Shown here: in pieces, positions 9,501 to 16,702 of the stretch
Layout of the letters: each line of letters opens with the position of its first letter
Numbering within the stretch: the first letter of the stretch is position 1
Virus record (IMG/VR): IMGVR_UViG_3300045988_061891
Direction: 5' to 3' (one strand)
Source of the DNA: a virus
Length of the DNA stretch: 64,000 nucleotides
Program-made: the position numbers and the translations under genes
Notes under the pieces: generated by a model
Seen by the model: the letters and a program-made list of their open reading frames with translations, nothing else
Told to the model about the DNA's origin: nothing
The model's database searches: none

Positions 9501-12500
9501 CTGGTGCTTACTTATTTGCAGGTCATGACTCTAGACTTTGGAATATGCTTGAAAAGGATAAAGAATTCATGGGCATAGTTCAAAAGATGGATAATGCTTT
9601 ATATTCTGCGGGTATATCATATATCAATATAATTGATATGCTTGATGGAGAGCAGGCAGATAAATGGGTAGAAAGGGTTTATAATCAAGATGCTCAATAC
9701 AAGTACATTGGACCATATGCAGAGAAAGGAATTGATAACCTATTCATGTTACAAGGTAAAAGAGACTTACATAGAAAATGGTGGTTAGCAAAGAGGTTCT
9801 CTATATATGATGCTAAGTTTATTACAGGTCCTTATAAATCGCAGTCTATTGAGTTTAAATGTATCAATGGTACTCCTGCTGGTCAACAGTTTACTATTGT
9901 GTCAGGCTACCCAATAAACTTTGGATATGGCATTAATGATGAACCAAGAGAAACAGGTATTTATCTCGACAAAGACGGCGAGCATACATTTACTACTACT
10001 GAAGTACTTAATGTTGGTGACCCTATTAGAATATATGGTGCTCCTAATATTAAGGTTTTAGATACTAGGAAGATGGCTGATAAGCTAGCTACTATATCAA
10101 TAGCAGCTGTTTATGATGATAACTTAGGTACTTGTCTTACTCACCTTCGGCTTGGTAGCTCTTCATTAATTAATAATGAGGTTACTGCAATATCGGGATT
10201 AAAGCAGGCTAAAAGGTTAGAGTTTATAGATATAAGAAGTTTCAAAAAGTTGACTTCATTAGACCTATCAGAACATCAATATATTAAATCAGTATGGGCC
10301 TCAAATTCAGGCATAGCTTCCCTACTACTAGCTAAAGGAAGCCCTGTTCAAGTTCTTAAGCTCCCTGCTACTATAACTAATTTAACATTAGAGCAGCTCT
10401 CACTCTTAGCTTATAGTGCCATAACCTTTGATGATATTAAAACTCTGAAGAATATAAGTATCAAAGATTGTCCTCTTGTAAGCAATAACTTTGGTTTTAT
10501 CTATAATTGGTTCAATACTAAAGCAACAGATTCAAGTGAGTGTTCACTAGTAATGGATAATATAAATTGGACTAATGTAGATACTGCACAGTTACTTAGT
10601 TTAAAGGCTCTTGGTACTCTTAAATTAAAGGGTAGGATTAAACTAGTTGAAGTGAGTGAATCTCAGTTATCTGAGCTTCAGGCAGTGTTTGGAAATAATA
10701 TATTTAATTCATCATCTGAGTTATATATTATAGCTCCTCCTGCTGTATACTTAGTTGGTCCTGAGTCTTTAACTGAAGGTGGTACTGGTAAATATTCATG
10801 TGTTGTATCTGGTGCTGAATTACAATCAGCCTCTTTCTCTATAACATCAGGTAGCAGCTCAGCAATAACTCTAGATTCTACTACTGGTGTATTAACTACT
10901 ACAGAAGGTGCAGGTGGTAGAGTAATTACTGTGCAATTAATAGCTAAAATACGAAAGGAGGGAGAGACTAAAGTCACAACCACAACAAAGACAATGACTA
11001 CTAGGATTCTTCCAAAGACATACCCCTCAAGTGAGGACACAACACTTGAAGGAGATAGTCAGTTAGGAGTAGAGACTACTTATACAATAAAACATTCCAA
11101 TACTTATACAGGAGATTTTAATGTAACTTGGTCTTTAACTGGTCTTGATGGTTATGCAGAAATTACAGAGTCTAATAAAACTTCTTGTACTATAAAAAGG
11201 CTTCAAGTCATTAATACTGTTATAAGTGGTACTCTAACAGCAAAGTTCACTAAAGTTTATAATGGTTCTGCATTATTTACTTTATCAAAGTCTGTTCAGT
11301 TAGTTAATGACGACATTGCTGTTGCTGATGCTAAAATAGCAAAAGTATTCTATGATGCTAAATTATGTGCCAATAGTACCTATGTTACCAAAGAAGAGGC
11401 TGCTTCAATTACTACGGCTGATATACAGCCTGGTATTAATTATTCTACCTCTATATTTAGGTCATTAGACTCAGATTATTCTGGTGATTTTAGCGGATTC
11501 AAGTATTTTACATCAGTCACCGCTTTAAAAGATTATATGTTTGCTAGTAGACACTTTGAGCATTTATGCCTCCCCAACACTATAACTCTTATAGAGAGAG
11601 GCTCGGGATTGCGGTATGTGAAGCGTTTAGAGATAAATGAGGGACTTTCAGAGATGCATCTACTCTTTGAAGGGCAATACCTTAGTCTTCCAAATATTAC
11701 TTCTCCATCGAAGGGGGACATAGCCCTCTACGTAAATAATTCTGGTATGACCGTCACAGGGGGTAATAGTATGCCCAATACACTTCGTTATTTTCTTACT
11801 TTTTATACTACTAAAAAAGAAGGGTTATCAATAGAGAGCACAAATATCAGAGCACTAGTTAGTAATCAACTCTTCCAAATAACTAAGCTTGTAGTAGGAG
11901 GAGATGCTGGATTACCTACTACTGTTACAGCACCCTCAGGAGGGTACTTCGAAGATATGAATACCACGCAAAAGATTATTCTTGAGAAGATTAATACTAA
12001 TGTATATAAGATAGCCAATGAGATATATTATGCCACAGTAGTTATAGACACCAATATGTCTGAGCAAAACCCTGACTTCTTTGTTACTTATACCAACCAT
12101 GATGGCGAAGAAGTTCAAACTACAGTTAAGGCAGGTACTCATGTACTACCTATAAAGTATGGTACTACAGTTAAAGTAGTAGGCTCAGAGATAGAAAATC
12201 TTATGGTTTCTGATGGTAGTTGGTCATTTAGTGGTACAAGGTGTAAGGGTAGTATTTCTATGAATTATGTTGAAGCCGCTGATGTATATATTCAACATAT
12301 AGATGGCACTCTTTATACTAAAGATGATTGGAAGTCAAAAGGCTTTGCTAACGAGAAGGCAAATGGTGTTGCAGTAGTTAGACCAATTAGTGGCAGTTTT
12401 GTTATTGCTAAAGAGCAGGGTCCCAGTTTGGCATGGGGAGGTTATGATACCACTATTACAGGTATAGTTACAAGCACTTCACTTTCTACAGCAGTTTTAG

Positions 12501-12859
12501 ATAATGATGGAGCTGGTAATACACCTAAAATTATTGAGCAACTAGATGGAGTTACTGATAGTAAAGGGATAACAGGAGCTCCTGCGGCAGAATATTGTAC
12601 AGGATATACATTTCCTGATGGAAAGACAGGCTATCTTTGTGCCTTAGGAGAGTGGAAAGGTGTTATAGATAACTTCGATAAAATTCAGATGATTCTTGAT
12701 AATTATATTGGCGGTGATACTATAATTTTCGGTAGTTATTGGACTAGCACTCAGGGGAGTGTTACCAATAGTTGGGGGGCATCCCTTGACAGGCCTCACC
12801 CTATTTCTTCAGGGAAGACTGCTCAGTACCTGGTTCGGGCTTTTTGCCCACTCTCTTAA
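6545..12859 (+). CDS. Giant multidomain tail fibre/adhesin: CotH-like domain, leucine-rich repeats, Big_2-like Ig domain, BspA-like LRR, C-terminal DUF1566-like domain
   Basis: CotH-like blocks: GYPKKNFRIYT, CWCLKADYAESSG, FIGKYNFNNDKSTESVF, FYYIHYDNDTVHG (nt ~8620-9800). LRR: LEFIDIRSFKKLTSLDLSEHQYIKSV... (nt ~10130-10560). Big_2-like: VGPESLTEGGTGKYSCVVSG...ITLDSTTGVLTT (nt ~10720-10960). DUF1566-like tail: YLCALGEWKGV...YWTSTQGS...YLVRAF (nt ~12300-12856). Confidence 0.7.
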   Translation: MANKVYDKEINKHSDWGGDASTENLPVSGSRVQEFIKKTLDGKMGVFYYDTTNNRYLVFADIENRDLYLEDPTKNELVLGTFDAPFNYEAEINLISGSYKAVQLGSTGNYVEFIFDTKNKQGASVGGLATVTYTIIRNSTKKVITETRNSRSTVKFNLDKYLGEGTNTIIIGITDKNTLAATTVSVTYQVVNLTIKDELNISKVYDLSSATSLNMEVLFNISGYGTKTVEWYIDGEQLEFVKEEDEVVDVEASRTKYITLSNLQQGRHSLQLRAHSIVNGEKFYTNTLYRDFIVYTGASTDTILGIAIEVPSEHGIIGPSDNVSIYNMEQYVPYSLRFASYSPTNEQNIEVGIYLNDELNGAITSSNDTENNYTLVSSKSGNKVLKLVSGKVEYTIPVVVTPTSMNISDITNNLELDFTAVGKSNSSPNRDIWSYNGYTGTFYGFKWNDVSGWVNNRLLMPSGTSFSIDYAPLDNNPTGTGKTIELEFSTLNVREDDAIICDLRNASGTGLLITATKVSLTSENGVTVETEFRSGENVRIAFVINKSSGTLNKCLSFIYTNGIISRGEAWSATDKYDSPKTIKFTASDKVEVSLKAIRIYNTALTSDQILNNYILYRDSIEEMTSVYEKNDVYTEGTTSFDPNKMMSRVPVMIVTGDIPVLENISDKNTQIIVDIDYYNMQDPTRNFSMVSAAMRPQGTSSMGYPKKNFRIYTQKVDDTILYDSNGKVVQDKLYSFREGSQPVNCWCLKADYAESSGTHNTGIAKLWNKALYNVQIGGEYVCRTNAQKAAIVADYEYDVRTAIDGFPILLFYRKTKNDDLIFIGKYNFNNDKSTESVFGFKGIPGFDNSRMQCWEVLNNGNSLALFTTSENFDTKWEDAFESRYPDTSNPDISDLKTFAEWMSTVSQENFATEKWEHMDIYKLAAYYVYILRHAAVDQTVKNAMFTSEDGSHFYYIHYDNDTVHGLINTGRLRVKPTDDRQSTDDSGAYLFAGHDSRLWNMLEKDKEFMGIVQKMDNALYSAGISYINIIDMLDGEQADKWVERVYNQDAQYKYIGPYAEKGIDNLFMLQGKRDLHRKWWLAKRFSIYDAKFITGPYKSQSIEFKCINGTPAGQQFTIVSGYPINFGYGINDEPRETGIYLDKDGEHTFTTTEVLNVGDPIRIYGAPNIKVLDTRKMADKLATISIAAVYDDNLGTCLTHLRLGSSSLINNEVTAISGLKQAKRLEFIDIRSFKKLTSLDLSEHQYIKSVWASNSGIASLLLAKGSPVQVLKLPATITNLTLEQLSLLAYSAITFDDIKTLKNISIKDCPLVSNNFGFIYNWFNTKATDSSECSLVMDNINWTNVDTAQLLSLKALGTLKLKGRIKLVEVSESQLSELQAVFGNNIFNSSSELYIIAPPAVYLVGPESLTEGGTGKYSCVVSGAELQSASFSITSGSSSAITLDSTTGVLTTTEGAGGRVITVQLIAKIRKEGETKVTTTTKTMTTRILPKTYPSSEDTTLEGDSQLGVETTYTIKHSNTYTGDFNVTWSLTGLDGYAEITESNKTSCTIKRLQVINTVISGTLTAKFTKVYNGSALFTLSKSVQLVNDDIAVADAKIAKVFYDAKLCANSTYVTKEEAASITTADIQPGINYSTSIFRSLDSDYSGDFSGFKYFTSVTALKDYMFASRHFEHLCLPNTITLIERGSGLRYVKRLEINEGLSEMHLLFEGQYLSLPNITSPSKGDIALYVNNSGMTVTGGNSMPNTLRYFLTFYTTKKEGLSIESTNIRALVSNQLFQITKLVVGGDAGLPTTVTAPSGGYFEDMNTTQKIILEKINTNVYKIANEIYYATVVIDTNMSEQNPDFFVTYTNHDGEEVQTTVKAGTHVLPIKYGTTVKVVGSEIENLMVSDGSWSFSGTRCKGSISMNYVEAADVYIQHIDGTLYTKDDWKSKGFANEKANGVAVVRPISGSFVIAKEQGPSLAWGGYDTTITGIVTSTSLSTAVLDNDGAGNTPKIIEQLDGVTDSKGITGAPAAEYCTGYTFPDGKTGYLCALGEWKGVIDNFDKIQMILDNYIGGDTIIFGSYWTSTQGSVTNSWGASLDRPHPISSGKTAQYLVRAFCPLS

Positions 12860-12867
12860 TTATAGTA

Positions 12868-12911
12868 CAACTTTTCCCAAGGTATTTAAATATACCTTGG
12901 GTCAAAAGTTG
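12868..12911 (+). repeat. Long interrupted inverted repeat (18 paired positions) after the giant fibre gene
   Basis: CAACTTTTCCCAAGGTAT-ttaaat-ATACCTTGGG-tc-AAAAGTTG. No T-run follows it. Confidence 0.7.
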
Positions 12912-12939
12912 CAAGAAGTAGCTTTAAAAATTAACCACA

Positions 12940-13452
12940 ATGATAAGAGTAACTAATTTAAAAGACTATTACACACCAATATCAGTTAGCGGTAATATAG
13001 TTAAAATAGCTTTTGATTATAAACCTTTTTATGACACTGATGAAGATGGTAATAAAGTAGAATCCAATGTAGGAACATGGGCTGAACATGTATTCAGGAA
13101 TAAGCCCTCTTTAAGTCAAATAAAAGATTTTATTCTTACAGAGATAAATAAAAGAACTGATGAACTTATATTGTCAGGCTTTGTATGGAAGGACATTCCT
13201 GTATGGCTCTCTATGGAGAATCAACTCAATTATAAGACAGCCTATGACTTAGCTGTACAAACAAATGGTCAGGTACTTCCTACCTTCAAGTTTGGCACTA
13301 CAGAGTCTCCTGTATATTATAAGTTTGAAAGTCTGGAGGATTTAAAGGATTTCTATATCAGTGCTATGTCCTATGTTACTGATACTTTAGCCACTGGGTG
13401 GCAGGAGAAAGACAAAATTGATTGGACGGTATATGAAGACTTGTTAAAGTAA
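12940..13452 (+). CDS. Fibre-associated protein, DUF4376-like
   Basis: 170 aa, directly after the giant fibre gene. The pattern ILSGFVWKDIPVWLSMENQLNYKTAYDL...YKFESLEDLKDF resembles the DUF4376 module seen next to phage fibre genes. This is recalled from memory and was not searched. Confidence 0.4.
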   Translation: MIRVTNLKDYYTPISVSGNIVKIAFDYKPFYDTDEDGNKVESNVGTWAEHVFRNKPSLSQIKDFILTEINKRTDELILSGFVWKDIPVWLSMENQLNYKTAYDLAVQTNGQVLPTFKFGTTESPVYYKFESLEDLKDFYISAMSYVTDTLATGWQEKDKIDWTVYEDLLK

Positions 13453-13458
13453 AAAGTT

Positions 13459-13863
13459 ATGAGGAGTTTATTGATAGCAATCTTAATCTTCATAGTGGTC
13501 TCTTGTACTACCACAAAGTACGTAGATAGACCAGTTCTAGTGGAGACTGTAAGAACTGAGTATGTGAATCAGCTGTATAAAGACAGTATCTTTGTTCATG
13601 ACAGCATTGACAGATTTATAAGTGGAGACACAGTACATCAGTATAAGTACAAGTACATTTACAAATACTTTAACAGGACTGACACTGTTGTCAAAACAGA
13701 TAGTATTGAAGTACCAGTTGAGATTAAGACCACTGAAGTAAAAGAAGTCAACAGAATTAAAGGCTATCAATCATTCCTTATGTACTTTGGGTTTGTATTT
13801 ATTCTTATCCTGGTTTATAAGGTTATTAAGTTTATAAAAACCATCCTTAACAAGGGTACCTAA
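13459..13863 (+). CDS. Unimolecular-spanin candidate (lipoprotein signal plus C-terminal TM anchor)
   Basis: The N-terminus MRSLLIAILIFIVVSC has a basic n-region, a hydrophobic core and a VVSC lipobox. The C-terminus has a TM helix, FLMYFGFVFILILVYKVIKFI. The 134-aa length and beta-rich middle match the architecture of T1 gp11-type u-spanins. Confidence 0.55.
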   Translation: MRSLLIAILIFIVVSCTTTKYVDRPVLVETVRTEYVNQLYKDSIFVHDSIDRFISGDTVHQYKYKYIYKYFNRTDTVVKTDSIEVPVEIKTTEVKEVNRIKGYQSFLMYFGFVFILILVYKVIKFIKTILNKGT

Positions 13864-13901
13864 CAAGTAAGATTGCTTGAAATAACAGAACTCAAATTAA
13901 A

Positions 13902-14255
13902 ATGATTGAAATGGAAACACTCCTTACTGGAGGTATAGGGTTACTTACTACTGTGGTTAGTGCTTGGGCTTCTTGGATATTTGCCAGAAAGAAGTATAAC
14001 AGCGAAGTAGACAATAATCTGATACAAAACATGCAAGAATCTCTTGACTTTTACAAGAAGTTGTCTGATGATAATAGGACAAGGCTGGAAGAGGTTCTAA
14101 AGAGAAATGAAGATTTGGAAGAGGAAGTTAGAGAATTAAGAACTCAACTGTTTAGTCTTATGAATTCTATTTGTACTGACCTCTCTTGCCAAATTAGGAG
14201 AAGAGAATTTACTAACTTAACTACATTCAAAAATGAAGAAAGTAAACCTGAATAA
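13902..14255 (+). CDS. N-terminally anchored coiled-coil membrane protein (i-spanin- or holin-like)
   Basis: One N-terminal TM helix (LLTGGIGLLTTVVSAWASWIFA) is followed by a charged coiled coil (RLEEVLKRNEDLEEEVRELRTQL) and two Cys near the C-terminus (ICTDLSC). Confidence 0.4.
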   Translation: MIEMETLLTGGIGLLTTVVSAWASWIFARKKYNSEVDNNLIQNMQESLDFYKKLSDDNRTRLEEVLKRNEDLEEEVRELRTQLFSLMNSICTDLSCQIRRREFTNLTTFKNEESKPE

Positions 14256-14430
14256 CCTGTATGAGTCTCCCTATCCCCCAACAGATATTAATGTTCTATG
14301 GGTGGACAAAGATGAATCAACTGGAGACATTAGAGCAATTCACAGATATGACCGTGCTGCTAAGGCATGGACTCCTTATCTAGTAGCAGTTGACTACTTA
14401 AAGCCTGATGAAGAAGGGCAAGAAGCTTAA
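14233..14430 (+). CDS. 65-aa stand-alone copy of the fibre N-terminal LW module
   Basis: YESPYPPTDINVLWVDKDESTGDIRAIHRYDRAAKAWTPY aligns with the first ~35 aa of the fibre ORFs at 3387 and 5324. No shaft or distal domain follows. Confidence 0.4.
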   Translation: MKKVNLNNLYESPYPPTDINVLWVDKDESTGDIRAIHRYDRAAKAWTPYLVAVDYLKPDEEGQEA

Positions 14431-14468
14431 TGACTCAATTATTAAATAACAATTAAAATCTAAAAATT

Positions 14469-14561
14469 ATGGGAAGAGCAAAACCTATGGTTGCTAAAGC
14501 AGGAGTGGCCAAACAAAGAGAGAGAAGATATGACTGTGAAGGTAAATTATTTAAAAGTTGA
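14469..14561 (+). CDS. Tiny basic peptide 1 (30 aa)
   Basis: It is not in the track. The sequence is MGRAKPMVAKAGVAKQRERRYDCEGKLFKS. It is a paralogue of the next ORF, sharing (K/R)PM..KAGV...(K/R)RY.C.GKL. Confidence 0.45.
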   Translation: MGRAKPMVAKAGVAKQRERRYDCEGKLFKS

Positions 14562-14566
14562 TTGTT

Positions 14567-14665
14567 ATGGCAAGGAGAGTAAAAAGACCCAGACCTATGA
14601 GTCCTAAAGCTGGTGTAAAGGCAGGCAAAAGATACGGCTGTGGAGGGAAACTTACTAAAAAATAA
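14567..14665 (+). CDS. Tiny basic peptide 2 (32 aa)
   Basis: It is not in the track. The sequence is MARRVKRPRPMSPKAGVKAGKRYGCGGKLTKK. It starts 5 nt after the stop of peptide 1 and is followed by the hairpin GGTGTGT-TTATAG-ACACACC. Confidence 0.45.
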   Translation: MARRVKRPRPMSPKAGVKAGKRYGCGGKLTKK

Positions 14666-15095
14666 GTGGTGTGTTTATAGACACACCTCACCCTCTGGAA
14701 AGGTATATAAAAGTAAATCTTTATATAAAGTATTCTTGATTGCCTTAAAGTACATTCCAATACTAGTTACACTGTCATATATAGTCAATACTACACTATG
14801 TTGGTTTGGTATAGATGCACCAGTCTTAAGTAATGTATCAGGAATGTCACTATTAACTTGGCTATTCATGTATATAGCAACTTATGTATTTAAATTTTGT
14901 AACTATCATAGGCTGCTTCTGTACTTTATATTAATAGATGACAGCATTAACATATATGATTACTATTTCACTATACCATTGGAAGACTATATAATGCTTG
15001 AATTGCATACTGCAATAATTGGTATATTAGTGATAACACTATTGATAAATCATGTTAAAAGTCATAAGAAACCTACTGGTGAAAATAGTGAATGA
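14640..15095 (+). CDS. Multi-pass membrane protein (holin candidate); true start uncertain
   Basis: It has three to four hydrophobic helices (IALKYIPILVTLSYIV, LLTWLFMYIATYVF, LLLYFILI, AIIGILVITLLINHV) and a charged tail, KSHKKPTGENSE. The track start is a GTG that overlaps peptide 2. There is no in-frame ATG before the first helix. A TTG at 14736 is a possible start. Confidence 0.45.
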   Translation: MEGNLLKNKWCVYRHTSPSGKVYKSKSLYKVFLIALKYIPILVTLSYIVNTTLCWFGIDAPVLSNVSGMSLLTWLFMYIATYVFKFCNYHRLLLYFILIDDSINIYDYYFTIPLEDYIMLELHTAIIGILVITLLINHVKSHKKPTGENSE

Positions 15096-15320
15096 TATTG
15101 ATGTAGGTAACAGCAATATCACGGAGAAGGAGGCAATGGAGCTAACCAAGGTTCTACAATCCTATACAGACAAGACTGTAAAGATGAGCCTCAAAATCAA
15201 CACTTTGGGGGTGCTATTTTTGTTTAATAGCATTATTAGGATTGCTAGATTGTTTAGTTTAACTTTAGGCCATGTAAGCTTACAACACAACAAGTTAATT
15301 AATCAAACAATCTAACAATC

Positions 15321-16238
15321 ATGGAAAAAACTTATGTTTTTGACACTGCCGACAGAGGTGGGTTTGATTCTACTGCACTCATTGCAAGTCTAATGGGTAA
15401 CAGAGGTGTAGACCCTAACCTTATGGCTCTTATACAGAATGCCTCAAAGAACCAGGATGCCTGGGGTGGAGGTGGAATGTGGTGGATTTGGGTAATCATC
15501 ATGTTCTGGCTATGGGGTGGAAATGGTAATATGTTTGGTAGAAATGGTATGGCTGATGGTATCCCTAATCAGCTTAACAATGACTTTGGTAGAGAAGTTC
15601 TGCTTCAAGCTATCAATGGTAATGGTACTGCTCTATCACAACTTGCTACCACTCTTAACTGTGATGTAAATGCTCTCCAGACTGCTATTGGTCAGGTACA
15701 GTCTTCTATACAGTCTATAGCTAACCAAGTAGGTATGACAGGTCAGCAAATCATCAACTCCATTCAGCAAGGTAACTGTCAGCTTGGTAATCAACTAGCT
15801 CAATGCTGCTGCAACATCCAAGACTCTATTACAAGAACTAATTATGAGAACCAAATCTCCAATCTGAACCAGACCAATACTCTTCAGAACTCTATCAACT
15901 TTGTAAATAGCTCTGTTGAAAGAGGGTTTGCTGCTACAGCATATGCAACTGCAAATCAAACTTGTGAACTGAAGAATGCAATTGCTGCTCAGACTCAAGT
16001 AATCAATGACAAGTTCTGTGCTCTTGAAATGAGAGAGATGGCAAGAGAGAACAGAGACCTAAGAGACCAAGTTCAGGCTTATCAACTATCTGCTTCACAA
16101 CAAGCTCAGACAGCCAACATTGTTAATCAGATTAGGCCTTGCCCAACTCCTGCCTATGTTGTTCCCAATCCTTATGGATGTGGATGCAACAACTATGGTT
16201 ACCCATTCAGCAATAGCTGTGGATGTGGGAGTTGCTAA
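15321..16238 (+). CDS. Membrane-anchored Q/N-rich coiled-coil protein with Cys-rich tail
   Basis: 305 aa. A Trp-rich TM segment is flanked by Gly runs (GGGGMWWIWVIIMFWLWGGNG). A long Q/N-rich helical region follows. The C-terminus is YGCGCNNYGYPFSNSCGCGSC. Confidence 0.6.
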   Translation: MEKTYVFDTADRGGFDSTALIASLMGNRGVDPNLMALIQNASKNQDAWGGGGMWWIWVIIMFWLWGGNGNMFGRNGMADGIPNQLNNDFGREVLLQAINGNGTALSQLATTLNCDVNALQTAIGQVQSSIQSIANQVGMTGQQIINSIQQGNCQLGNQLAQCCCNIQDSITRTNYENQISNLNQTNTLQNSINFVNSSVERGFAATAYATANQTCELKNAIAAQTQVINDKFCALEMREMARENRDLRDQVQAYQLSASQQAQTANIVNQIRPCPTPAYVVPNPYGCGCNNYGYPFSNSCGCGSC

Positions 16239-16257
16239 CCATTAAATCTAAAGAACT

Positions 16258-16677
16258 ATGGCAGTAACAATTTCACCAGTAGGATTAGCTGCTGCTCCAG
16301 TAGCTAATACATTAGCCTTCATGGCTACTTACAAGGAAAAGCTATGCCGCCCGTTCTGTGTAGATTCAACTATACAACCTCAGGTATCTGTAGTTTATAC
16401 TACAGGTACCCCAAGGTTGGTTGAGACAACTGTCTTTATCCCTGTTAAGGCAGTGATAACAGTTGTAACTCAGAATAGTCAGTGTGGATGTAATGCTCAT
16501 ACTCAATTGTTTACTGAAAACTTTGTAGTTGCATTCCAAGGTCAGACTGCTCTACCTACAGCAGTAACACTTACCAATGTGGGAAGAGACCAGTTCGGGT
16601 CTAATATAAATTGTGGATGTGCTTTCTCATACACAATAAATGACTCTCTGACTCTTGCTATAACACCAGCGGCATAA
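16258..16677 (+). CDS. Hypothetical beta-rich protein with two CGC motifs
   Basis: 139 aa. It contains QCGCNAH and NCGCAFS. It is tightly spaced after the previous gene. Confidence 0.5.
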   Translation: MAVTISPVGLAAAPVANTLAFMATYKEKLCRPFCVDSTIQPQVSVVYTTGTPRLVETTVFIPVKAVITVVTQNSQCGCNAHTQLFTENFVVAFQGQTALPTAVTLTNVGRDQFGSNINCGCAFSYTINDSLTLAITPAA

Positions 16678-16702
16678 ATTAACCAACTAAACTATTAACA
16701 AT

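Noticed and set aside
15189-15225. A possible terminator, CCTCAAA-atcaacac-TTTGGGG, followed by gtgcTATTTTTGTTT.
   Set aside because: The stem is only 7 bp with a G:U pair, and the T-run is offset by 5 nt. This is too weak to call.
15052-15315. An 87-aa plus-strand ORF overlapping the end of the membrane-protein gene.
   Set aside because: Its second half (SLKINTLGVLFLFNSIIRIARLF...) runs through a weak hairpin with a T-run (about 15189-15225) and looks non-coding. The first half could be a real small gene, but I cannot support it.
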